Shown here in pieces: positions 15,451 to 22,765 of a stretch of DNA of 24,000 nucleotides; the stretch's first letter is position 1; the number at the start of each line of letters is the position of its first letter. This DNA is from Psychromonas sp. CNPT3 (GTDB lineage: Bacteria > Pseudomonadota > Gammaproteobacteria > Enterobacterales > Psychromonadaceae). Under the pieces are notes generated by a model, which worked only from the letters and a program-made list of their open reading frames with translations, did not search any database and had not been told where the DNA came from. A program made the position numbers and the translations under genes. Location: positions 119,883-143,882 of the forward strand of contig NC_020802.1 in the NCBI RefSeq assembly GCF_000153405.2, in the 5' to 3' direction.

Positions 15451-16968
15451 ATGCAACTTTTTAAAAAAGGAATGAAGTTCCCTACGGCTTTTACTATTTT
15501 ATTTATTATCACTATTTTAGCAATCGGATTAACATGGATTGTTCCTGCCGGCTCATATGCCAAATTGACTTATAGCGCAGCGGATCATGAATTCTCAATA
15601 GTAAATCCCGTTGGGGATGTTTCAACCATTCTTGCAACGCAAGAATCATTAAATGAATTAAACGTTAATATTGAGATTGATAAGTTTGTCGATGGCACTA
15701 TTCGTAAAGCCATTGCGATACCTGATACTTATGAAAGGCTTCCTCAATCACCTAAAACGTTAATGGATGTTGCCGTAAGTATGGTGCAAGGAACTATTGA
15801 TGGTGCTGATATTATTGTATTTATTTTAGTATTAGGGGGAACAATCGGTGTGATCAGTCGAACAGGTGCATTTAGTGCTGGTTTGATGGCGTTATCACAT
15901 AAGACTAAAGGCCGAGAGTTTTTATTCGTCGCTTTAGTCTCTGTTTTAATGGGACTCGGAGGAACCACTTGTGGGCTTGAAGAAGAGGCCGTTGCGTTTT
16001 ATCCTATTTTGGTGCCTATTTTCTTGGCGCTGGGGTTTGACTCCATTGTCTGTGTTGGGGCAATTTTCTTAGCCGGCTCTATGGGTACTGCCTTTTCAAC
16101 AATCAACCCATTTTCTGTGGTTATTGCATCAAATGCCGCCGGGATCTCATTCACTGAAGGTCTTGATATTCGCTTCTTTGGTTTTGTTGTGGGTATTACA
16201 ACGGTTATTCTTTATTTACGTTGGTATTGTAAAAAAATTAAAGCCGATCCTTCTTTTTCATATACCTATGAAGATAGACATAGTTTTAGGGCGCGTTTTA
16301 TTAAAGAGGAAGATAGCTCAGCTGATCTGACTTTCACATTACGCCGTAAAATTATCTTATTCTTATTTGCCATGGCATTCCCTATTATGATCTGGGGTGT
16401 TTCGATGGGCGGATGGTGGTTCCCTGAAATGGCAGCGTCATTCCTGACCATTGCGATCATTATCATGTTTATCTCAGGCTTAAGTGAAAAAGACTCGGTG
16501 GAAGCCTTTACACAAGGCGCTTCCGAATTAGTCGGTGTGGCATTAATTATAGGTATCGCACGTGGTGTGAACTTGGTGCTCGAAGAAGGTATGATCTCCG
16601 ATACTATTTTAGCTTATGCGTCAGGTTTAGTGTCGGGTATGCATGGTAGCTTATTTATTATTGCGCAGATGTTTGTGTTCTTTTTCTTAGGGCTCATTGT
16701 ACCATCATCTTCAGGCCTTGCAGTACTTGCTATGCCTATTATGGCGCCCCTTGCTGATACGGTCGGTATTCCGCGTGACATCGTGGTTTCAGCTTATAAC
16801 TGGGGGCAATATGCGATGTTATTCCTTGCCCCGACAGGCTTAGTATTAGTTACCTTACAAATGCTAGATATATCATATGATAAATGGTTAAAATTCGTTT
16901 TCCCTATGGTGTTATTCTTATTAGGGTTTGGTGGGTTACTCTTAGTCGCACAAGTTATGATGTTATAA
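15451..16968 (+). CDS. YfcC-family membrane transporter (DcuC/'C4-dicarboxylate anaerobic carrier' Pfam-type fold), 505 aa
   Basis: Polytopic membrane protein. It has the characteristic YfcC N-terminus MKFPTAFTILFIITILAIGLTWIVPAGSY, and its length is typical of the family. AGAGG lies upstream of the ATG. An alternative start at Met8 (15472) is possible. Confidence 0.7.
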   Translation: MQLFKKGMKFPTAFTILFIITILAIGLTWIVPAGSYAKLTYSAADHEFSIVNPVGDVSTILATQESLNELNVNIEIDKFVDGTIRKAIAIPDTYERLPQSPKTLMDVAVSMVQGTIDGADIIVFILVLGGTIGVISRTGAFSAGLMALSHKTKGREFLFVALVSVLMGLGGTTCGLEEEAVAFYPILVPIFLALGFDSIVCVGAIFLAGSMGTAFSTINPFSVVIASNAAGISFTEGLDIRFFGFVVGITTVILYLRWYCKKIKADPSFSYTYEDRHSFRARFIKEEDSSADLTFTLRRKIILFLFAMAFPIMIWGVSMGGWWFPEMAASFLTIAIIIMFISGLSEKDSVEAFTQGASELVGVALIIGIARGVNLVLEEGMISDTILAYASGLVSGMHGSLFIIAQMFVFFFLGLIVPSSSGLAVLAMPIMAPLADTVGIPRDIVVSAYNWGQYAMLFLAPTGLVLVTLQMLDISYDKWLKFVFPMVLFLLGFGGLLLVAQVMML

Positions 16969-16990
16969 TCAGAACCATACTGCGCAAAAA

Positions 16991-17015
16991 AACTCTCCAC
17001 AAGGAGAGTTTTTTT
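16991..17015 (+). terminator. Rho-independent terminator after the YfcC-family gene
   Basis: AACTCTCC (16991-16998), loop ACAA, then GGAGAGTT (17003-17010) running into TTTTTTT. An A-tract upstream (16986-16990) makes it potentially bidirectional. Confidence 0.8.
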
Positions 17016-17042
17016 GTTTGTGGCAGTATCCCTTTTTATATT

Positions 17043-17066
17043 GAAAGTTATGTCGAAAGTCATGTC
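17043..17066 (+). repeat. Tandem 12-bp direct repeat GAAAGTTATGTC|GAAAGTCATGTC upstream of yjjI
   Basis: Read directly; 11 of 12 positions identical and the copies abut. It lies about 91-114 nt upstream of the yjjI ATG. Confidence 0.85.
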
Positions 17067-17086
17067 AAAAATGGAAAAGAGTCTTG

Positions 17087-17105
17087 GCGTTAATTTCACT
17101 AACGC
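17087..17105. promoter_or_regulatory. Perfect dyad GCGTTA-N7-TAACGC (contains a T-N11-A core) upstream of yjjI; candidate regulator operator
   Basis: Both arms read directly from the sequence. It sits 18 nt upstream of a TACAAT -10-like hexamer (17123-17128) that has no good -35. The function is inferred only. Confidence 0.3.
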
Positions 17106-17156
17106 TATCAACCATGCAGGCATACAATAAAGGCTTACTATTTAAAGGGATATAAA

Positions 17157-18683
17157 ATGAGCCAGCAACGTATCTACAATATTATTAGCAACGCTAATTT
17201 ATCGGTAAAACAAAAAACACAATATTTAGCATTAGAGGCCGAAGCGAGTCTCCCTTACCTTGAAATTAATCAAAGCGTACAAGATGCGCTCGATGCGGGT
17301 ATTTTATGTGATATGTTTGAAGGTCACGCGCCTTTTAAAGCGCGTTATGTTTTACCCGATTATGCTAAATTTTTAGCGCAGGGCTCAACTTATCTGGAAT
17401 TAGAGGCGGCGACAAATTTTGATGAAGCCTTAAATTTACTGACTATTTTATATCACCATGTCCCCTCTGTTACTACGATCCCCGTTTATTTAGGTCAGCT
17501 TGATAGTGTCCTTTTACCTTATGTTGGCAGCTTAACGGATGATCAAATCTATCAAAAATTAAAATTATTTTGGATAATGCTTGATCGCACGCTTCCCGAT
17601 GCCTTTATGCACGTGAATATTGGGCCAACAGATAATATTATCTGCCGCACTATTTTACGTATCGATGCGCAGCTAAAGCAAGTGGCACCCAATTTAACGT
17701 TTATGTACGATGCAAAGGTGACGCCGGATGATTTATTGCGTCAAGTGACTCAAAATATCTGTGAATGTAGTAAACCCCATATTGCAAATTACCCTCTGCA
17801 TGCTAGCGCGTTTGACGAAAGCGGGTTTGGTATCGTGAGTTGCTATAACGCGTTGCCATTAGGTGGAGGCGCGAATACGTTAGTGCGCATGAATTTAAAA
17901 GAAGTGGCTAAAAAATCTAAGAATAAAGAGAATTTCTTTAATATCCAGTTACCTAAATACTGCGCCCTGATGTTTGATTTAATTGATGTGCGCAGTACTT
18001 TTCTGCATGAAAAATCACATTTTTTCAGTGAATTTTTAGTGCAAGAGGGTTTAATTCATGAAGATAGATTTGCGCCTATGTTTGGTATTTATGCCATGGC
18101 CGAGGCGGTAGAGATCCTTTTGCAAAAAGATAATATAAAAAGTTGTTATGGCTTAGATAGCGTCGCTAATACATTATCGTATGAAATTTCTAAAACGCTT
18201 TCCGAAATAGTGACGTCGACCAAGGTAAAGTATGGCTATCATGGACGCGCGTTATTGCATGCACAGGGCGGTATAAGTTTAGATCATGAGTGTACACCTG
18301 GCGTGCGTATCGCGTATGGGAAAGAGCCAGATCCCATTGCCTATATTCAAGCTACCGCGCCACATCATCAATATTATCCCTCTGGTATCAGTGATATTTT
18401 AAGTATTGATGAGACGGTAAAATCAAATCCTGAAGCGATGTTTGCGCTTGCTAAAGGGGCGCTAAAAATGGGATATCGAGAGTTTACCGCTAATATTTCA
18501 AGTAATGATTTAGTGCGAGTGACAGGCTACATGGTTAAACGCTCATCGATGGCTAAATTTGCTGAGCAAGGCTCGCGTACTAATACCACTTTTTTAGGAT
18601 CTGAAGCCTTACAAAATACAAACATTTCAAAACGTAGGGCGCGCGTTATTAGTTTAGAAAGCATGCCTGTCGTCATTAAATAG
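17157..18683 (+). CDS. yjjI: YjjI-family glycyl radical enzyme (small GRE, DUF3029-type), 508 aa
   Basis: C-terminal glycine-radical fingerprint NDLVRVTGYMVKR (Gly457 codon 18525-18527). Candidate thiyl-radical Cys in GFGIVSCYNALPLGGG (Cys229 codon 17841-17843). It is immediately followed by a GRE activase. Size and N-terminal sequence style match the E. coli YjjI family as I recall it. Confidence 0.8.
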   Translation: MSQQRIYNIISNANLSVKQKTQYLALEAEASLPYLEINQSVQDALDAGILCDMFEGHAPFKARYVLPDYAKFLAQGSTYLELEAATNFDEALNLLTILYHHVPSVTTIPVYLGQLDSVLLPYVGSLTDDQIYQKLKLFWIMLDRTLPDAFMHVNIGPTDNIICRTILRIDAQLKQVAPNLTFMYDAKVTPDDLLRQVTQNICECSKPHIANYPLHASAFDESGFGIVSCYNALPLGGGANTLVRMNLKEVAKKSKNKENFFNIQLPKYCALMFDLIDVRSTFLHEKSHFFSEFLVQEGLIHEDRFAPMFGIYAMAEAVEILLQKDNIKSCYGLDSVANTLSYEISKTLSEIVTSTKVKYGYHGRALLHAQGGISLDHECTPGVRIAYGKEPDPIAYIQATAPHHQYYPSGISDILSIDETVKSNPEAMFALAKGALKMGYREFTANISSNDLVRVTGYMVKRSSMAKFAEQGSRTNTTFLGSEALQNTNISKRRARVISLESMPVVIK

Positions 18684-18695
18684 AGATGATCTGCG

Positions 18696-19562
18696 TTGAT
18701 TAATTTTGAAAAAACAGCCTTGATCCATAAAATAATTTATTTTTCTTGTGTCGATGGACCAGGAAATCGAGCGGTTATTTTTTTACAAGGCTGTAATTAT
18801 CAGTGTAAAACGTGTCATAACCCACAAACCATTAATATTTGCGATCATTGCGCCTTATGCGTTGCACCTTGTCCTGCGCAGGCTTTAACAGTGGTTTCCG
18901 GTAAGGTGGTGTGGGACAGTCAATTATGTATCGGTTGTGATAACTGTATTGATATTTGTCCGACGCAATCGAGTCCTAAAGTGCGTCGCCACTCAGTGCG
19001 CCAGCTCCTTGAAAGGTTAAAAGAGAAACAGATGTTTTTAAGTGGTGTGACGCTTTCAGGTGGAGAGTCAACGTTGCAACTGCCTTTTATCATTGAATTG
19101 TTTAAAGCCATTAAATCGTGCCCTGAATTATCGCATTTGACGTGTTTTATTGACAGTAATGGCAGTTTATCGGCGCAGGGTTGGGATCGCGTGATGCCGT
19201 ATCTTGATGGCGCCATGATTGATTTAAAAGCGTGGCAAAATGAAACACATTTATGGCTGGTAGGACGTCAAAACCACCGTGTTTTTAAAAGCATCGCGCA
19301 GCTTGATAAAGCCGGTAAATTATATGAAGTACGCTTGCTACATATCCCCAATAAAACAGATTTATTAACGGAAATAGAATCACTTGCAAGGTATTTAAAA
19401 CAATTATCGAAGGGCGTTATGATTCGTATCAATGCCTTTCAACATAGTGGTGTGGTGGGAGAGGCTTTGACTTGGGATTGTGCCACTCAACAGCAAGTGC
19501 AGGATTTTCAGCAACAACTTGAGCTATATACTGGCAGAGATGTTTGTATCCCGTGTTTATAG
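18696..19562 (+). CDS. yjjW: YjjW-type glycyl-radical enzyme activase (radical SAM, with two extra ferredoxin-like 4Fe-4S motifs), 288 aa
   Basis: Activase N-terminal motif SCVDGPGNR. Radical SAM CNYQCKTC (CX3CX2C, 18792-18815). Two CX2CX2CX3CP motifs, CDHCALCVAPCP and CIGCDNCIDICP (18840-18959). SAM-binding-like SGGEST. The start must be TTG at 18696, because an in-frame TGA lies at 18687-18689 and the next ATG is at codon 113. Confidence 0.85.
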   Translation: MINFEKTALIHKIIYFSCVDGPGNRAVIFLQGCNYQCKTCHNPQTINICDHCALCVAPCPAQALTVVSGKVVWDSQLCIGCDNCIDICPTQSSPKVRRHSVRQLLERLKEKQMFLSGVTLSGGESTLQLPFIIELFKAIKSCPELSHLTCFIDSNGSLSAQGWDRVMPYLDGAMIDLKAWQNETHLWLVGRQNHRVFKSIAQLDKAGKLYEVRLLHIPNKTDLLTEIESLARYLKQLSKGVMIRINAFQHSGVVGEALTWDCATQQQVQDFQQQLELYTGRDVCIPCL

Positions 19563-19612
19563 TTTTATATATCTTATAAACATTCTTCGTTACATTCGTA
19601 TTAAAACTGCAT

Positions 19613-20542
19613 TCAGAGAATGGGCGAAATTAAAGTTGTTTTTATATTTTGTAACAGCCAATTTAATGCAGGATCATTACTCGCTAATTGATTGAAAACC
19701 ATACTATAGACGACTTTCCCACTTTCAAAGGGTAATTTTTTTGCAATTAAGCCTACGCTTTGTTGACTCCTTTCAAACCATTTTTTAGAGCAGGTAAATA
19801 AGAAGTGTGAATGTTGGCAGGTCGCGGCTGCACTACCAAAATCAGCCACTGATATCGCTATTTTACGGGCCTGGTATTGCTGTTTTAATAATTGTTCAAA
19901 ATAGGGTTGCTGTAACTCTTTATCAAAAATCGCAATATGTTTATAGGCTAAATAGTTTTCAATCGTTAAGGTTTTATCTGCGAGAGGGTGATTGCTTTGC
20001 ATGACGCAGATCATTTCGTCATCAAGGATAGTTTGCCAGCATAATTGCTTTTCATTGCTGGGTGGCTGGCTTTTATCATGTGGCAAAATGATCACATCAA
20101 CCTGTCCACTTAAGAGTGCGTCAAAGCCTCGTTGGGATCGTGAATGTATCTCAAGTTGGGCGTTCGGTGCTTGTTTCTCTATAAGCGTACAGAGGCTTGG
20201 CGCAAAAATATCGAAGGTGCTAGCGCGCATTGACAATCTGAACGTCCCTTGAAATTCCTCTGCATTAAAATCACGTTGATGTATTAATGTATTCATATTA
20301 TTTAAAATAATATGCACAGAAGGGGCGATGTGTAGCGCATAAGGCGTGGCAATAAGTTGTCTACCTTCACGGTAAAATAACTCGTCATTTAATAACGTGC
20401 GGAGCTGTGCGAGTGTTTTACTCACACTCGAGGGCGTGATGCATAATATAGAGGCACTTTTACTGACGCTATGCGTGCAGAGCATGACATGTAGGGTGCT
20501 AAGGTGCTTAAAGCTGAACCGTGAGAGTTGCATGAGATCCAT
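19613..20542 (-). CDS. LysR-family transcriptional regulator, 309 aa
   Basis: N-terminal wHTH (LSTLHVMLCTHSVSKSASILCITPSSVSKTLAQLRTLLNDELFYREGRQLIATPYA) followed by a LysR substrate-binding-type C-terminal domain of typical length. Confidence 0.85.
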   Translation of the reverse strand: MDLMQLSRFSFKHLSTLHVMLCTHSVSKSASILCITPSSVSKTLAQLRTLLNDELFYREGRQLIATPYALHIAPSVHIILNNMNTLIHQRDFNAEEFQGTFRLSMRASTFDIFAPSLCTLIEKQAPNAQLEIHSRSQRGFDALLSGQVDVIILPHDKSQPPSNEKQLCWQTILDDEMICVMQSNHPLADKTLTIENYLAYKHIAIFDKELQQPYFEQLLKQQYQARKIAISVADFGSAAATCQHSHFLFTCSKKWFERSQQSVGLIAKKLPFESGKVVYSMVFNQLASNDPALNWLLQNIKTTLISPIL

Positions 20543-20779
20543 AATGATCCTGTGTTGAGCGCCGAAAAATATTTTATACTATACGCATATAATCAAGCAG
20601 ATGCGTTGTTTCATCAGAATCTTAGCGTCAAGAGCAGACAACACACGAGATAAATCAAGCGTTAGAGAAGCAGATGCGAGAGTGCACTTTTTTTACTCGG
20701 GGACTTTTCTTTGCTCACTTCTTTTACCAAAGGCATGACGTATCACGTCGAGACTGAAAGAAGACCAAAGAGTAGAGGT

Positions 20780-20810
20780 GCGCCGTAACAAGAGAGAGCT
20801 GTTACGGCGC
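20780..20810 (-). terminator. Hairpin downstream of the TRAP operon (probable terminator)
   Basis: GCGCCGTAACA (20780-20790) pairs with TGTTACGGCGC (20800-20810), an 11-bp GC-rich stem with a 9-nt loop, 21 nt after the dctM stop. The minus-strand trailing sequence ACCTCTACTCTTTGG is only moderately U-rich. Confidence 0.5.
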
Positions 20811-20830
20811 TATTATGTTGCCAATTATTA

Positions 20831-22138
20831 CTATTTAATTAAACCCATCATGGTAGGAATAGTCATAGAAATAGCAGGAACATAAGTAACTAGCATTAAG
20901 ACGCCGGCAATAACCACGAAGAAAGGCAATAATAATTTTATGACCTCTTCAATGCTAATATCGGCGACTTTACAACCTGTAAATAGGATCGGCCCCACGG
21001 GTGGGGTGATGGTACCTAAAGAAAGGTTAAAGACTAATAAAATACCAAACTGTACGGGATGCATACCTAAGTTGACACAAATAGGGAGGAAAATAGGTGT
21101 GAAAATAAGCACAGCAGGCATTGGATCCATAAAGGTACCAATGATCAATAAGATAACATTAATGATCAAAAGAATGATAATTGGGTTATCGGTGACGGCC
21201 AGTAATTGTGCCGCAATCATATTTGGGATCTCTGTAAATGCCATAACCCATGACATGATCGATGAGGTCGCTAACATAAAGATCACAATGGCTGACATTT
21301 TAGCGGTCGCTAGAAAAATTTCAGGCAACATCTTAATTTTAAGGCTGCGGTAAAAAAGACTTAAAACGAAGGAGTAGATAACCGCAATGGCAGACGCTTC
21401 TGTCGCGGTAAAAATACCACCAAGAATACCGCCAATGACCACAATAATAAGCGATAAGCTTGGGATCGCCGCGATAAATACGTTTATACATTCTTTTAAA
21501 GACATGCGATTACGCAGTACATAACCCCGTTTTTTGGCCATGACTGCGGTAATAAGCATCACCCCAAGGCCCCATAATAAACCGGGAATGTAACCTGCCA
21601 TAAACAAAGCTGAAACAGAAACACTGCCTGCGACGGTTGCATATACGATCAATGTATTACTGGGCGGAATGATCATGCCAGTCGGTGCGGATGCAATATT
21701 AACGGCCGCACTAAAAGCGGGATCATAGCCTTCTTTTTTCTGTATTGGCGTCATAATGCCACCAATGGCAGCCGCAGATGCAACGCCTGAACCACTGATA
21801 GAGCCAAACATCATGTTAGAAACAATATTAGTTTGGGCAAGTGAGCCAGGGAAAAAACCACTTATAATTTTTGAGCAGTTAATTAAGCGTATGGCTATCC
21901 CACCATTATTCATAATATTACCGGCCAATATGAAAAAGGGGATGGCGAGTAAAGCAAAGGAGTCTAGGCCGACAAAAATCCTTTGGGCCGACGTTATCAT
22001 AGCGCCATTAAAGGGTAAAATAGATAACATAGCCATGAATGAAGCCATACCAATACTGATACTGATAGGCGTACCGATGAGCAATAAGAAAAATGCGGAT
22101 GCGAACATTATGAGCGCCGCAATAAGAGCTAAATCCAT
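20831..22138 (-). CDS. dctM: TRAP transporter large permease subunit (DctM family), 435 aa
   Basis: Highly hydrophobic protein of about 12 TM segments, of typical DctM length and composition. It directly follows the small subunit (TAA-T-ATG junction). Confidence 0.85.
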   Translation of the reverse strand: MDLALIAALIMFASAFFLLLIGTPISISIGMASFMAMLSILPFNGAMITSAQRIFVGLDSFALLAIPFFILAGNIMNNGGIAIRLINCSKIISGFFPGSLAQTNIVSNMMFGSISGSGVASAAAIGGIMTPIQKKEGYDPAFSAAVNIASAPTGMIIPPSNTLIVYATVAGSVSVSALFMAGYIPGLLWGLGVMLITAVMAKKRGYVLRNRMSLKECINVFIAAIPSLSLIIVVIGGILGGIFTATEASAIAVIYSFVLSLFYRSLKIKMLPEIFLATAKMSAIVIFMLATSSIMSWVMAFTEIPNMIAAQLLAVTDNPIIILLIINVILLIIGTFMDPMPAVLIFTPIFLPICVNLGMHPVQFGILLVFNLSLGTITPPVGPILFTGCKVADISIEEVIKLLLPFFVVIAGVLMLVTYVPAISMTIPTMMGLIK

Positions 22139-22139
22139 A

Positions 22140-22697
22140 TTATGACACCTCTTTGTTATTGATTTTTGTATCTAAATTTTTAAGCTTCTGCAGTAAATGA
22201 TATTCATTGTGGATCCCGTATAAAATAATTAAGACGCCACAGATAGGGATCGCTGAATAGATAACGCCCATGGGTATTTGTAGTGCAGAATCGAGTTGCC
22301 ACATTTGTCGAGCGGTACCACTGTAGCCACCGAGGATCATGATCATCAACACAAACGATGCAGTGACCAATTCAGAAAACATATCTAATAGTATTTGCAT
22401 TTTTTTTGAAAATTTATTGCGAAAAAAGGTGATTGCCATATGTTCACGTTGTCCAAAAACATAGGCACTACTAAAGAGGATCAACCAGATGAATAAATAT
22501 CGGGATAACACTTCACTGATTGCACTTGGGCTATCAAAGAGGTAACGCACAACAACTTGATAGGTGACGAGGATCGTCATGATACCGACAATGAAAATAC
22601 AAATAGTCGAGACTATTTGATCGATAAAATATTTCGATTTATTGATGATTTTTGATAAACCATTTTCATTTTGATTTAGTTTATTATTTGTATGCAT
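22140..22697 (-). CDS. dctQ: TRAP transporter small permease subunit (DctQ family), 185 aa
   Basis: Small protein with 4 TM segments, located between the DctP- and DctM-type genes. Confidence 0.75.
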   Translation of the reverse strand: MHTNNKLNQNENGLSKIINKSKYFIDQIVSTICIFIVGIMTILVTYQVVVRYLFDSPSAISEVLSRYLFIWLILFSSAYVFGQREHMAITFFRNKFSKKMQILLDMFSELVTASFVLMIMILGGYSGTARQMWQLDSALQIPMGVIYSAIPICGVLIILYGIHNEYHLLQKLKNLDTKINNKEVS

Positions 22698-22716
22698 AAG
22701 AGATCCAAAGAAAAGG

Positions 22717-22741
22717 AGGTTGGAGTATTAAACTCCAACCT
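22717..22741 (-). terminator. Intercistronic hairpin / attenuator between dctP and dctQ
   Basis: AGGTTGGAGT (22717-22726) pairs with ACTCCAACCT (22732-22741), a perfect 10-bp stem with a 5-nt loop. On the minus strand it is followed by CCTTTTCTTTGG, immediately before the dctQ ATG. Confidence 0.5.
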
Positions 22742-22765
22742 TAATATTGAATTATAAAAAGAGGA

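Noticed and set aside
15166-15563. 62-aa (+) and 74-aa (-) ORFs in the AT-rich spacer before the YfcC-family gene.
   Set aside because: They have skewed composition and no Shine-Dalgarno. The 74-aa ORF overlaps the transporter start on the opposite strand. Most likely they are chance ORFs in AT-rich DNA.
17090-17103. Possible FNR/CRP-type site TTAATTTCACTAAC upstream of the glycyl-radical operon; also TGTGA-containing stretches at 15039-15043 and 15416-15420.
   Set aside because: Only the left half resembles TTGAT; the right half matches ATCAA at 2 of 5 positions. The TGTGA sites lack a TCACA partner. I kept the overlapping GCGTTA-N7-TAACGC dyad as the real observation.
16794-17123. 109-aa minus-strand ORF, and the 69-aa plus-strand ORF at 16884-17093, spanning the transporter 3' end, the terminator and the yjjI promoter region.
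   Set aside because: They run through a strong terminator hairpin and overlap a well-supported gene. No motifs are present.
20940-22145. 137-aa and 129-aa plus-strand ORFs antisense to dctM.
   Set aside because: They are shadow ORFs of a highly hydrophobic gene (antisense of Leu/Ile/Gly/Ala codons). No motifs or start signals are present.
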